A stretch of DNA of 64,000 nt. Source: Amoebophrya sp. A120. Taxonomy: Eukaryota; Protista; Dinoflagellata. Location: positions 1,988,492 to 2,052,491 of the forward strand of contig CAJINV010000012.1 in NCBI GenBank assembly GCA_905178155.1, written 5' to 3'. Within the stretch, counting starts at the first letter, position 1. Each line of letters begins with the position of its first letter. The notes below the pieces were generated by a model. That model was not told where the DNA came from, ran no database searches, and saw nothing but the letters and a program-made list of their open reading frames with translations. A program made the translations under genes and the position numbers. Positions 25,101 to 36,775 of this stretch are shown here, one piece after another.

Positions 25101-28100
25101 TTTTCCGTCTCCAAATCCCGCTTCAAAATTTCGATCTCGTTCTCCCTTTCTTTCAACGTAGAAGTGACTTCGCTGTTCAGCTGTCGCATCTTCGTGAGCA
25201 GGTCTTTCAGCTCCTCGTTGGTCTTTTCTGCACCAGAGTAGGAAGCGGAAAGGTCGGAGTAGCTGCGATTTTTAATTGAATACGATCTGCATCTTCAATG
25301 CGGTATTCTATGCAACGCTGCAAAGAAGGCACGCATTATCTCTCTCATGTTCATCTCGTCGTGCGTAGAGGGAAGTAATGCGCCGCACCACGACCAATTC
25401 AAACAACCACAAAATACGCTTTCTCCTGGTTTTCCCGATACGCAACAGCTTCCTTTTCCAATTTCTCGTTGCTTTTCTCTAATGCCGCCTTCTCGATCTG
25501 CAAACTTTTTATCGATTCAACGTTGGCTATGTGCACCACACGCAGCTCAGCCGCCGCCATCCGTTCTCGTTCGAGTATGAGTGTGCACAACTCCGCCTCC
25601 CCCTCATTTGTCATGCAAAAAACCACATGCGCCCCATGCCTCTCGGCACTTTTCGCATGACAAGTTCTGGATGCTCAATCAGCACTACAATCTTCCGGGG
25701 TGAATTTGTCACGCAAAGCCTGCACTCTTGCCGACGCTTGTATTGCTGTTGGTGCCATACAAATGAGGGGGAGGGTGAGTTGTGCACCCTCGTATCGAGT
25801 TCCCCGACTGTGGAAGCGAACTTGTCCATGTGATGCTCCTCCCGCTTAGATTGCTCTACACGCCCCACCTCGAGAGCTTGGAGCTGATAATTTTGGTTTT
25901 TATTCATTGCATAGGATTTTGATTTTCGATGCAGAATGAGTAGTAGAAATGCAAAACCGAAAATGAACCAGAATCAACCAAATGCAAAAAAGCCGGCGCA
26001 CAGAATCAAGACAGGGCTGTCTTTGAAGGCACAATAGAAGTACTACTGCGATCCGAAACACGAGCCAGCATCATCTCTCGCTCGATAAAAATACCTTTTC
26101 TGCCATGACGAGGCGTTCCTGGTCAAACGAGCGCATTCTGTCCTCCATGAAGCGAACCTGCTCCTCCGCGGCTTTTCTGTCATCACGTAACTATCCAAGA
26201 AAAAAAGTGAGTAAGTGTAACTTTTTTGCAGGAACAGCATCACAGATTTGTTCTGCATGACAAAGAAAACCTGTCATGCGTAACTAGTACCAGTACGCGA
26301 AAACACGTATTGAAATAGCCTCCGCTCTGATGTTGCATACCCAGCATGACAAGTGTAACTGTATTGCAACATCTGCAAGGCAAAGTTACACTTACACAGT
26401 TTTTTTCTTGCATAATAGCCTTTTCCTCTCTACTTCCATCTCTTCCGTTTCGGACTTCTCCAGCGTGACCAACTTCATGTGCTCCGTGTGCAGCTCGTCG
26501 TGCTCTTTCTTCATCCTTTCAATGTCCTGCTTCAACACCGTGATCTCGGTTTGGTACTGTTCCCGTTCGTGGATGAATTCCCGCAGTTCTCCCGACAGCG
26601 TGTCTCTTTCGATCACGTAATTCGCCACCTCCTCGCGGTTCGCCTCCTTCGCCTCCTCCACTTGAATTTTCAGTTTCTCGATTTCCTGCGCCTTTTCCTC
26701 TAATTTTTGCTCTACACCCAGTCTTTCGTGGTCCTTGTCGGCGATTTTCTGTTTCCACTTCGTCTCTTCTAACTGCAGTTTCTCCTGCGAGTTGTTCTGT
26801 TCCTCGAAAAACGCAGTTTTGGACTTCGCAATTTCCTGTTCGAGGAACGCCTTCTGTTCGGCAAGTTGCTTGTGGAACGCTTTCTGCTTCAATTTCTCGT
26901 TCTCCTCGATCTCCTTTAGCTGCTTGTTGTGCGCCTCCACCAGCGCCTCAATTTTGGCTTGCAGGGCGGAATTCACAGTGGTCAGGGAAACCACACGCTG
27001 CTCCATGGAGGCGATCTGAAAAAAATGAAGTATGGGAATTTCATCTCTGCATATTTTGACAAATGAACAACTACACATAGTTAGACTTACCATGCCTATC
27101 ATGGCACGGTGCATCACAAGACGGGCTCGGGGATGAAGATTTAGCACCTGTAAGAAAAATTTCTAAACTTTTCTCCATACCTGAACATCAAAGTTCTCCC
27201 GTAACTTTTCGACCTCCTCTTCCTGAGCCCGATACACCACCTGGCTCTCGTGTAACAGTTCCCGTAACCGGCTCGCTTCTGCCCGCCCGCGCGAGCACTC
27301 CACCGCCAATGAGTTGAAGGACTTCTGCAAGTCTTTGATCAAGTCCACTCTCTGCGGCAGTTCCGGATCCAGGAAACGGAACAGGTTCACCCGAAGTTCC
27401 TCCCTTGCACGCTCCGCTTGCTCCAGCGTGTTGTAGCGAACTGTGATTTCATGATCATGTCGCGATCCTTTTTTCGTGGAGCCTCAAGCTACAATGCGTA
27501 TATGACAGCACGGCAACAATCAATATCATGATGATGAAAACTATCGGAAGAGGACAAGACTGCTACAACAACACTCCTCCACTATACTCTCCTGATCCCG
27601 CAGCTTCACTGTGAGAAATCTTGCGTTGTCCTTTTCCCAGGCCAAGTACTTTTCAATCGACACTTTGCTGTTTCGGATAATCTCGATGTGCCGCATATGC
27701 AATGTAAATTTCCTGTACATGTACAAAATGCATGACAAATTTCGCTACATTGCAGAGTCCAACTTGTCATGCTGGACTAGGATTGAAGGCAAGTTTTGTC
27801 ATGCAGAGACTGCATATGTACGTGTACGGGAAATTTCCTGTGGATACGGCAGCCCGGACTTTTCCTTGGACCCGTTCACGCCGCTCGCTGGTATGATAAT
27901 CTTATCCTGTGCAAAAGTATCGCACTCGTATGAATTGCAGGTATGCATGACAAATCTGGTTTCCTACCCAAATCTGCATTACAAATTCCAATTTTCTTCC
28001 TGATAAAATTTGTCATGCGATTTATACTAGTAAGTACGATACTTTTGCAATGCATAAATCTTCTCCTTCTCCGCTTGTCTCGAGCTCGAGCTCGATGCTG

Positions 28101-31100
28101 ACGACGCAGTGCTGTATTTGTTTTTCTGCATATTATTCACGCGCGATGCCGGTGCGAATGTCATCGCCGCGTTTGCGGCCGTTGTCTGCGCCGCCAGCAG
28201 CTGTGTAGCGGCCACAGACGTTGCAGTGGCATTTGGCAACATGAAGGAAGTAGAACCGGTGGCCGCAGAGGACGATGCAGAAAGGTCGTTGTGGGCGTTA
28301 GAAGCAGGAGGAGCCACTGCTAATGGTGCGAAGTTGCTGCTAGCCACTGCTGCATAATTAACCGCGTTCGTCGTTGGTCTTGCACCTCCTGCCTTATCGA
28401 GTTTTGAAACGTTGATTTCCTTCTCGGGTTCCGCAAGAGAAGCCGGTGCTCCTGCCCCAGCTGCCACATTCTGTTCTTCCGCTGCTTCAAAATACGTGGC
28501 CGCAACTTCCAGCCGTCTCTTTTCTTCCTGCTCGTCTATTTCCTCTTGTTCTCGGAAGTAGCTGTTTACTCTTGCATCCAGAATGGTCTGCTGTAGTCCC
28601 GTCGTTTCCTTCGCCTGCGTCGCAGCCATTCTACTCACCGTCATCGCAGCTTTAGTTGTAGTACTTTCTTGATGCTCAAGAACATCATCCAACTCCTCTT
28701 TGCTGTGATCGTTTTCCTTATCGTTATCCTCCTCCTCGTATCCTGTGCAAAAGTATCGTACTCGTATAAATGCAGGTCTTGCATTACAAATTTCTTTGTC
28801 GACGAAAATCAGCATTACAAATTTTATTTCTCATGCTGAGAAAATTTGTAATGCATTTATACGAGTACGATACTTTTGCAGTTCATACCTCGGTCACAAT
28901 TGCAACGTTCGCCGCAATCGCAACTTCGTCCCCGTTATGGACTGCAAAAATGTCTGGGTCTGGAAGGTTGGAACTTGTGATGCTAACTTTGGACTCTAAA
29001 AACTTCTGTATTGCATGACCAGCAAGAGGAGTCCGGTTTGTGCTACGCGTGGAGGGCATTTGTCATGCGGAATAGGCATCAGGAAGGCCTCTAAAAATCT
29101 GTGATGCTAGGGCTTCCATGACAGACATTCTGTGTCATGCAAAAACAGCATAACAAATTTCGGATTCTTCCAGACCCAGACATTTTTGCAATCCATACCC
29201 GTTCTCACCGCCCTCTATCCTTTCGAAGATCATTTTCGTGGTCACTCCGACCGATTTATCAAATGTAAAAATGTCTGGGTCTGGAAGATTGCAACTTGTC
29301 ATGCTAAATCAGCAGCATGCAAAAATCTGTGTTGCATGATGGCCAAAAGTCGTCCAGTTTTGACCAAGTCGGGAGGTAGTTTCTCATGCAGGATAGGCAT
29401 TAGAAAGGTCTCGCAGAATCTGTCATGCTAGGTCCTGCATTCCAGACCTCATGGCGGGTCATGGAAAAGCAGCATGACAAATCGCGCATTCTTCCAGACC
29501 CAGACATTTCTGCATTTGATACGATTCGGCGATCTTCTCCGGGGCAGCTTTCACAAACTCCTCCGCTTCGAGAAACTTTTCGTCTACTTGTAGTTCATCG
29601 TCCTGTGCGGGTGCTGGGGGTGCGGCTTTCGGATCTTCCAAAGCGGCCGCGCCAAGTGGTGGGCCTCCAATAGGGTTTTGGATTGGCGGTCCTGATCGCG
29701 CTTCTTCGTTCTCCATTGACATAATTGCGTCGTCTTCTACAATCATCTCGGTACTTCTGTAAAACTCCGCTTGCTCTTCCTCTTCATCTCCACCCGCAGC
29801 TACTAGTACACCCTGCTCTACTACTGCCGACGCATCTTCATCTTCTTTGACCTGCGCCCCTGTTGCGCCATCTGGATCCGTGCCGTCCTCGCTATCAAAT
29901 GTAAAAATGTCTGGGTCTGGAAGATTGCAACTTGTCATGCTGTTTTTGCACTCTAAAAAAATTTGTATTGCATGACCAGCAAGATTGGTATAATCTGTGC
30001 TACACGGACAGGGCATTTCTCATGCGGATGGTGCATTAGGAAGCCCTCTAAAAGTCTGCGATGCTAAGTCATGCATTACATGCATCATGGGTCATGAGAA
30101 ATATGCATGACAAATCTTGCATTCTTCCAGACCCAGACATTTTTACATTTGATACTCGCCGTAGTAAAGCAAAACCGCACTGTTCTGGACGTTCCCGTGC
30201 CTTTGCTGGTCGATCCGCAATGCTTCCGCGGAGGTCGGCGGCGGGAGCCGGTATTTCAGCAACTCTTCGTTTTGAAACAACTCCGGAGGAAGGAAGATGT
30301 TCATATTCTTTGTCGCTTCTTGCGGCTGACTGCTAGTACTTGTTTTCCCTCCACCACGACTAGAAGAAGACGAGCTCGAACTCGTCGTCCCACTAGCGCT
30401 ACTGCTGCCCACGCTCGTACTGGAACTAGAGTTGGAAAGGGATAAAGAGTTGCTGCTAGTACTGTGCTTGTTGTTGTTCCCCTTGGTCTTCTCGCCGGCC
30501 GCAGCTACTCCATTGGTGGTGGAACTGGATGCTGATGTACTTGTTGAATAAGTGTTTTTATCCTTATCCGTCCAGTGATTGATCTGCCTGGGTCCAAATC
30601 CCGGCGTCTGTGTCCCGTTTTTGTTCGCTTGGAGATACAGCCTGCCACGGCCGCCTGGGACAAATGATGAAGAAGTTGCTGAAGTTGATGTTGTGCCGGC
30701 ACTATTACTTACTTTCGCGGTCGTTGCAGAAAACGCTCGGGTCGTGGTGGAGGTCGCATTTGCTGCTGCTGCGGCTGCTACCGAGTAGTGGTTGTTCTTA
30801 CTGTTTGCACCGAGATGTAGTTGTGCTGCTGTCGTCGCCCCTGCTCGCGGTGACGGAGCGCCAGTGCTCTTTTGTTTTGGTTTTGCGTCAGAACCTCCTC
30901 GTCGTGTCGAAGAACCTGAAGATGACCTGCTCGAAGTAGAGGACGCAGAGACCACCTTCTGTGTAGTAGGAGCACTGACGAGGCTAGAAGAAGTGCTCTG
31001 ACGCACTTGCATCAAACTTCCGTTTTTACTGCTGTTCATCCCGCCAGGTACAACATTTGGAGCCGTCGTCCCCGTTGCCTGTTCTTGCGGCATTACGTGC

Positions 31101-31387
31101 CGCGGCTCATCCGGGGACGCCAGCGAAATTTTCGCTGCGGGGTTGGATTTGGATGTTGTCGCAGATTTGTTCCTCATTTTCGGCTCCAGTATGATCACGG
31201 GTTTCACGTCGGAAAAGTACATGTTACCGATTTCTTGTGTTGTGTACGTCGCTGTACGCGAAAATTTTTTCTCGTATACTCCGCCCGTGCCTAAACATGT
31301 TTTTGCTTCTTTAAAAATTTCGCAAAAGGTAAAGATCTCGCGAAACCGCGGGTGAAAGTCGTGGCGAACGAAGCAACTTCTCGACAT
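22194..31387 (-). CDS. Large coiled-coil protein with low-complexity termini, about 18 exons; start codon uncertain
   Basis: Exon chain joined across 10 introners and several GT-AG introns (e.g. about 25886-26094 and about 27017-27180); long E/K/Q heptad stretches; S/T/A-rich N-terminus. Confidence 0.7.
22467..22631. mobile_element. Introner element, family A (degenerate)
   Basis: TATGCGTTGCAAAAATATCG ... CGATACTTTTGCAATGCATA; direct repeat decayed. Confidence 0.75.
23652..23777. mobile_element. Introner element, family A
   Basis: TATGCGCTGCAAAAGTATCGTACT ... AGTACGATGCTTTTGCACAGGATA; DR TGGAG. Confidence 0.9.
25576..25794. mobile_element. Introner element, family C
   Basis: TATGAGTGTGCACAACTCCGCCTCCCCCTCATTTG ... 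CAAATGAGGGGGAGGGTGAGTTGTGCACCCTCGTA; DR TCGAG; similar to 62011-62228. Confidence 0.9.
26192..26414. mobile_element. Introner element, family E
   Basis: TATCCAAGAAAAAAA ... TTTTTTTCTTGCATA; decayed DR; reverse-orientation relative of 52606-52823. Confidence 0.85.
27696..27846. mobile_element. Introner element (singleton)
   Basis: TATGCAATGTAAATTTCCTGTACATGTACA ... TGTACGTGTACGGGAAATTTCCTGTGGATA; DR CCGCA/CGGCA. Confidence 0.8.
27903..28056. mobile_element. Introner element, family A
   Basis: TATCCTGTGCAAAAGTATCG ... CGATACTTTTGCAATGCATA; DR AATCT. Confidence 0.9.
28739..28887. mobile_element. Introner element, family A
   Basis: TATCCTGTGCAAAAGTATCGTACTCGTATAAATGCA ... TGCATTTATACGAGTACGATACTTTTGCAGTTCATA; DR CCTCG. 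Confidence 0.93.
28936..29197. mobile_element. Introner element, family B
   Basis: TATGGACTGCAAAAATGTCTGGGTCTGGAAG ... CTTCCAGACCCAGACATTTTTGCAATCCATA; DR CCCGT. Confidence 0.93.
29257..29521. mobile_element. Introner element, family B
   Basis: TATCAAATGTAAAAATGTCTGGGTCTGGAAG ... CAGACATTTCTGCATTTGATA; DR CGATT. Confidence 0.93.
29893..30154. mobile_element. Introner element, family B
   Basis: Perfect TIR of about 32 bp, TATCAAATGTAAAAATGTCTGGGTCTGGAAGA; DR CTCGC. Confidence 0.93.
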
Positions 31388-31654
31388 TTGCTTTTGGCTT
31401 TTGCCGACTAGAATCGGCTACTTCATCTCTCAAGCTCTGCCTGGCTTCTTCTCTCACGAACACTCAAAGCATAAGCACGAATACGATGTTTGCTATGATT
31501 TCTTTCAAACGAAAGTTCTTTAGCTTTAGCGCGTACAACGATGACACTGCGAACATTGAAGCACAAACTTGCTACTTTGCGTGAAGGCTGCAAAAGCTGG
31601 ACGATGCGAAAGCAGTGCGATTTCGTAAAAATGTCTTACTCTTATATCTTATTC

Positions 31655-34600
31655 TCATTTCGACAAATTAATTCGAAATCCTCGAAACATTTTTGTTTCT
31701 TCTATGATTTTCAATAACCGCGCACGCTGCTCAACCTGTGAAAGCAGCAACACTGCTCCACCGACACCCACAAGCGCTACACAACTACTGTACATGAAAG
31801 TTTTTCCTAGCAAGAAACTTGGTTTGTTGCTCATTGCTGATTCACTATTTCTTTCCACCATTCTCTTCTCTACTGAACCCACTTTGTGAGAAGTGTGTTG
31901 CCCTTCCGTAGCCACGTCGTCATCAACGCCATCCGCACGGTGACCATGCCCGCCCCAGCTAAGCACTTTATTTCTCGCGTTCAAAAAAAACGAGATCCAG
32001 TGCAACGTTGTGTAGGGCAAAAACTCCCAGAAAACGTAGTCGTAGTCCATGAGAAGAGAAGAAAACTTCGTGATGCGCAGCGTGATCGCCTCTACCGTCG
32101 TCGGGGGAAGGAAAAGCAGAAAGTTTTTCTTGTTCCTCCCGTAATGCTGATCGACGATGTGAAAAAACTGGGACTTCGTTTCCCGCTGCTGTGACACCAC
32201 TTTCAGCAGCTCCCCGATTATCTCCTTGCGCGCGGTTCGGTGGGGCTTCTCCACCGTATAGCAATCCCCCCACCGGTACCGGGTTTTCTCGTTCGGGTTG
32301 CGGAAGCAGAGGTTGAAGATCCGCTGGTCGTTCGGGCACTTTGGGTCGAAGTCAAACGGACCGAATATTTCGCTGTTGTACAAGGAATGAAAGAGCGCCG
32401 CATGGAAAAAGGCGTTCCCGAGACCGACCTTGAAGCTGAACCCCTCCATCGCTGTCCTCCGCAGCTCAAAGGAGCAGGCCCGCTGCGTGCGGAACAGGTG
32501 CGGGGCCCAGGCGACGAACTCGGTGGTGGCGTTTTCCAGCGTCGAAAGCGACTCGCAGCAGTTGAATTCGTCTTCGATCCCGAGGTGGTAGCCGATGAAC
32601 CGCATGCAGTGGACCATCGCGTCTAGTTCCTTATCGGTGATCTTCGGCAATTCCGCCTCGAGAAACATGATGATCAGGATGATTCCGGAAAAGGCGAGTA
32701 GCACCTGGGACAGGTCAAACTGGGAAAGAGGCTGAAAATCCGCGGAGAACGGGGGATTTTCAATTTGATCATGTGAAGACGAGGTGGCTGCTGCAGCAGG
32801 ATCAGCACCTTTTATTCCTACTGTTGTATGAGAATCCACCCCAACATGCTGGTCCTGCTTCTCCAAACGATCCATCTTCACGACCTTTTTCGCATTCTGC
32901 TTCAATCTCGCGATTCTCTTGATTCTCGCCCGGGCCAAGGCGTGCATGTGTCTCACCGCGTAAATGCTCCGCCGACTGGTCGAGAATTTGTCCTGGAGAT
33001 CGAACCGGAACCAGTCCACGATGGCCCAGCCGGTATCATTATCCTGTGCAAAAACATGATCGCACTCGTACTGATTTCAGCGAGACAAGTTTCATTTTCA
33101 AACTCAACCCTTTGCTCGCCTCTTATGGCCTGCGAGTAACTGTCCGACATATACAGCTAAGTAACTGTCCGACATATACAGCTACATTTTCAAATTCAAG
33201 CTAAATCAGCATCACAAATTCCGTTTGTCATGCTGAGCTAAAAATTTGTGTTGCAATACTAGCTACGAGCACGACATTACTTTTGCAGTTCATAATCCTG
33301 GTACCGCTTCAGAGCCGTCTCCGGAGACTGGGCGTACCCCGTGTGATACAGAACTTCCGCGAACCGCCCGATGCAGAACCCAACCAGTAACGCCGGGCCG
33401 AGGCCGATCGCCCACGCCGCGAGGTGCTTCAGCCACAGCTGCTGCCCGAGCTTCACTTTCGCGAAGTCCACCCAAGGTGGCTCGGGGAGCTGAGACTCGG
33501 AAAGAAAGTCGGGTGGAGGGGAACAATTGCTTCCGCCTGCGCCGGCGGGACAGCTTGAAGCAGAAGATGGTGCGTTTTTCATCGTATTTCCCTCTTGATG
33601 CTCGCTCGTTGTTCCGGTAGTTGCATCTTTATTTTCTCCACTTCGAGTTCGATTCATTCTCGCAAAAATGTGCTCCTCGTGCAACTTGGTCACTGGACTG
33701 CCGCGGACGTGCGCCGTTCTCCCTGGTCCACCCGTTGCTGTGGCGGTGTTGTTCCAAAGATCGGCCCCCGCGTCATTTTCTGCAACTACACGATCCCCAG
33801 CTCTTTTCCCTGTATTTACCGAGCTTCTGTTCTTGCTTCCCCGCCAGTCGTAGGGGATGGTCTTGGGCGAATTCACGGCTGACTTCCGCCCCCCGCCCTG
33901 ACACGAGCTCGAGTTCTGCGGACTCCGGGACCCACCGGAACTGCCCGCGCGACTACGGCTGCTGGCTGAGCTGCGTCGCGACTGGATGTGATTACCGTAG
34001 TTCGCCTCGTTGCGAAACTGATCGGCTGGTACGATGACAGGATGTAGAGGTGGATTGTTGATGTCGTTGACAGCAGCAGCTGTTGTGTGGTTGTTTTCGA
34101 GGTTGATTCCATTAGTTCCTTGCTCGACTACACCAACGTTCGTTTGCAGCTCGTCCCGTATTAGGACCACCTCGCCGCCATGAACATTATTTCTGTCGTG
34201 ATAATTTGCGAAGTGGTAAGCTGGAGGGCCTGAAGTGGTGCCACCACCTACGAGTTTGTTCGGAAACTTCGTTTGCGCGGCGTAGCCACCGCCCACCCGT
34301 GTTTCTCCGTGCTCTTCGTCGTCCGAGCTGGTATTCTCGCCCGAAGAACTGTTTCCGTCTGGTATCCCGTGTAAAAACGTTCCCACCCCGTAGCTGTGAT
34401 ACAAATCTGCTTGCTCAAAATGTTTCTCGTCATGCGGAGCCCCATGCGAGGCATTTCCTAGTCGTTATCAAAGGAGCAAGTGAATCACTTTCAAAAGAAT
34501 CATAGGGTCGAAAAAAAAAAAATTCGGAGCGTCCCCAACTTCCGTAGCGCCTGCAGCTTTTTTCCCCGCGCCAGACACAGCTGGTCGGTAGATTGCAGTG

Positions 34601-36202
34601 GGCGAATGCTTGAGAAGGCTACGACCAAAAGCCCCAGGCGTCGCATTTTGGTAAGGAGAAGGCTGCGAGATGTAGTGCGCAGAAGATGCCATAGAAGATA
34701 CCCCAAGACCAGCCCCAAAGCATCATACCGTGGTGCATAATGCTACCCCGCATGGTGCTACTGGCGCACTATTCTTACTTTTGCCCTACTCTACTGTTAC
34801 CAAGTGGCAGAAGTGGAACAGTGGAGGTGTAATCACTTGAGATGAGCAGCCTGTTTCAGACGAAAAAAAGCCAAACCCACTTGATATCTGCTAGGGTGAT
34901 TTGACGCGAAAAAGACGTGTTTCGGGCATCAATTTGATGCCAAAAATCGCGGCTTTTTGCAGGGGTGATTCAAGCAGATTCGAAGCGGGAGGAGTCAAAT
35001 GAATCATAGGGCTAATTGATAGCTACAAAACGCAAGGTGATTACACCTCTTTTTTTGCTTCGAAAAAGATGAATTTTTGGCAAAAGTTGAGCTTTTTTCA
35101 GAAAATCCGACACCCTCGGGACGCTACGCCCGACGGTATGGAGGTGTAATCACTTCATTTTTATGGTGTCGCTTTTCCTATCTTTAGCAATGGGCTTGTG
35201 CTTGGTATTTTGGGTTGCGAATGCTTCCCCCGAGTTGTTTGCAAGCTATTCAGGCGCGATGGCCCCAGCGTCCACTCATGGCCATTGCGTTCGTCCCCCG
35301 TAGCCACCAACCAAATAGCGCAAACCTTATCGAGAAAGGCGCGACCTTCCTGAGGAGCGTCGCTGTGTCTCAGGTTATTTGGTTGTATATATTGGGCGCT
35401 TCCTTATGCGTGCGAGCCGGGCCATGCACTGCGGTACTTGGAAAGTTTTTTTTTTCCGTATGGTGATTCATTTGTAAGGTGATTCATTTACCCCTGTGAT
35501 AGTCGTGTTTTGAAATTTGTAATGCTCCATCAATCAGCACGATAGGCTACATTTGTGATGCTGCTGAACGAGCAAAACCGGACAACTACCCCACGAGGCC
35601 AAGCTTGTCATGCGCAACATCAGCCTAAGCTTGTTGATTTGTCTAGCAGATTTCCCTTCTTGACTATGGGGATGGGCGGGGACCTTTTTCCTCAGGATAT
35701 CTGGGGACAGGATTTTTGTTCGCGTGTACGGCTCGTAGCTGCTTGTCCGCGACGCCGCGGCGGTCATCGCGATCTGTTGGTCTTCCCGCTGTGACAACTC
35801 GTCATGAGGATTTATTTGTTCGTTCTCGACGTTATTTTCCTCGGGTAAGGAATTCAAAGTGGATCTCCGGTCAAAAATATTCTGGTCCTCCACACGACAA
35901 CTAGACGGCCGTCGTAGACTCTCCGCGATCCGGCCGGGTGTGATGCAGCAAGCGCTCGAACGGCGGGACAGAACTTCGAGCCCACAGTCGTCCAGCAGAG
36001 CGTCGCCCCGTTCCAGCCCGTTTTTTTCCACCATCCTTGCCCAAACGCCCGTTGGGTCGTAGGGCGCGACCTGGGAAAGCGACTGTCGTTGGTCCCATTC
36101 GTGTTTCCGGCGTCTGACGTTTTCCTCGTAATTCTTCCGCGCCGCAATAAAGGCGTGCTTATTCAAAAGCAGGGACGAGGAGGAGGGGGAGGTAGTGGAC
36201 AT
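31655..36202 (-). CDS. ER-bound oxygenase MpaB / rubber oxygenase (DUF2236) family protein with C-terminal TM segment
   Basis: PPWVDFAKVKLGQ, VRHMHALAR, PLSQFDL and RFIGYHLGIED motifs. Exons about 36202-35646, about 34397-33295 and 33039-31655. Hydrophobic C-terminal helix. Confidence 0.8.
33040..33294. mobile_element. Introner element, family A-like, with internal 25-bp tandem duplication
   Basis: TATCCTGTGCAAAA ... TTTTGCAGTTCATA; DR ATCAT/ATCCT; AGTAACTGTCCGACATATACAGCTA twice. Confidence 0.85.
34466..35501. mobile_element. 1,036-bp non-autonomous TIR element nested in an intron
   Basis: TIR TATCAAAGGAGCAAGTGAATCAC vs reverse complement TATCACAGGGGTAAATGAATCAC (19/23); 5-bp TSD GTCGT; repeated AATCAC/GTGATT motifs. 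Confidence 0.85.
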
Positions 36203-36775
36203 ATGTTTAGATGTAGATTTACTGATTAAAACAGAACAGAACTGCGTGAAAAAGAGACCTACTTCTCCATTTTTCAGATCACGACAGCAAGTTTCAGTTT
36301 TGCTGCAAAGAGTAGACGGGCAACGGTCATGATTGGGCAGGCAGCAGAGGATTCGTCCTAGACAAAGCACAAGAGAATAGCTTTGTCGACTTTCAACTTC
36401 AAGCGGAAAATTCAATCTCAAGTCAGTAAGTTTTAAATACATGTTCTGCTCCTCGAAAGCGAAACAACCAAGAAGATCTAGATCTTATCGTCACCCCATT
36501 ACTTCTTCTTTATTCAGGTCCGTTTTCACCACCTTCCACCGAAATGACACAGATACACGAACAAGAACACCATGGCAGAAGCCAAACCAGAAAAATCCAG
36601 GCTGCATGGAATACCTTCTACTGACGAAACAGTCCACGTACGTCGTCCCGCAGGCCTTTAACTCTTTAACTCTTCTTGCAGCGAAAAATAAGTAGGCTGG
36701 ATATGACGACCAGCCTCGTTGTAACGTAGGTTCGAAACACAAATAGAGCTTTGGGGATGAAGTACTTAGTTATCC

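Noticed and set aside
35299-35312. CCGTAGCCA resembling the dinoflagellate spliced leader
   Set aside because: The match stops after 9 nt and the TTTTGGCTCAAG part is missing.
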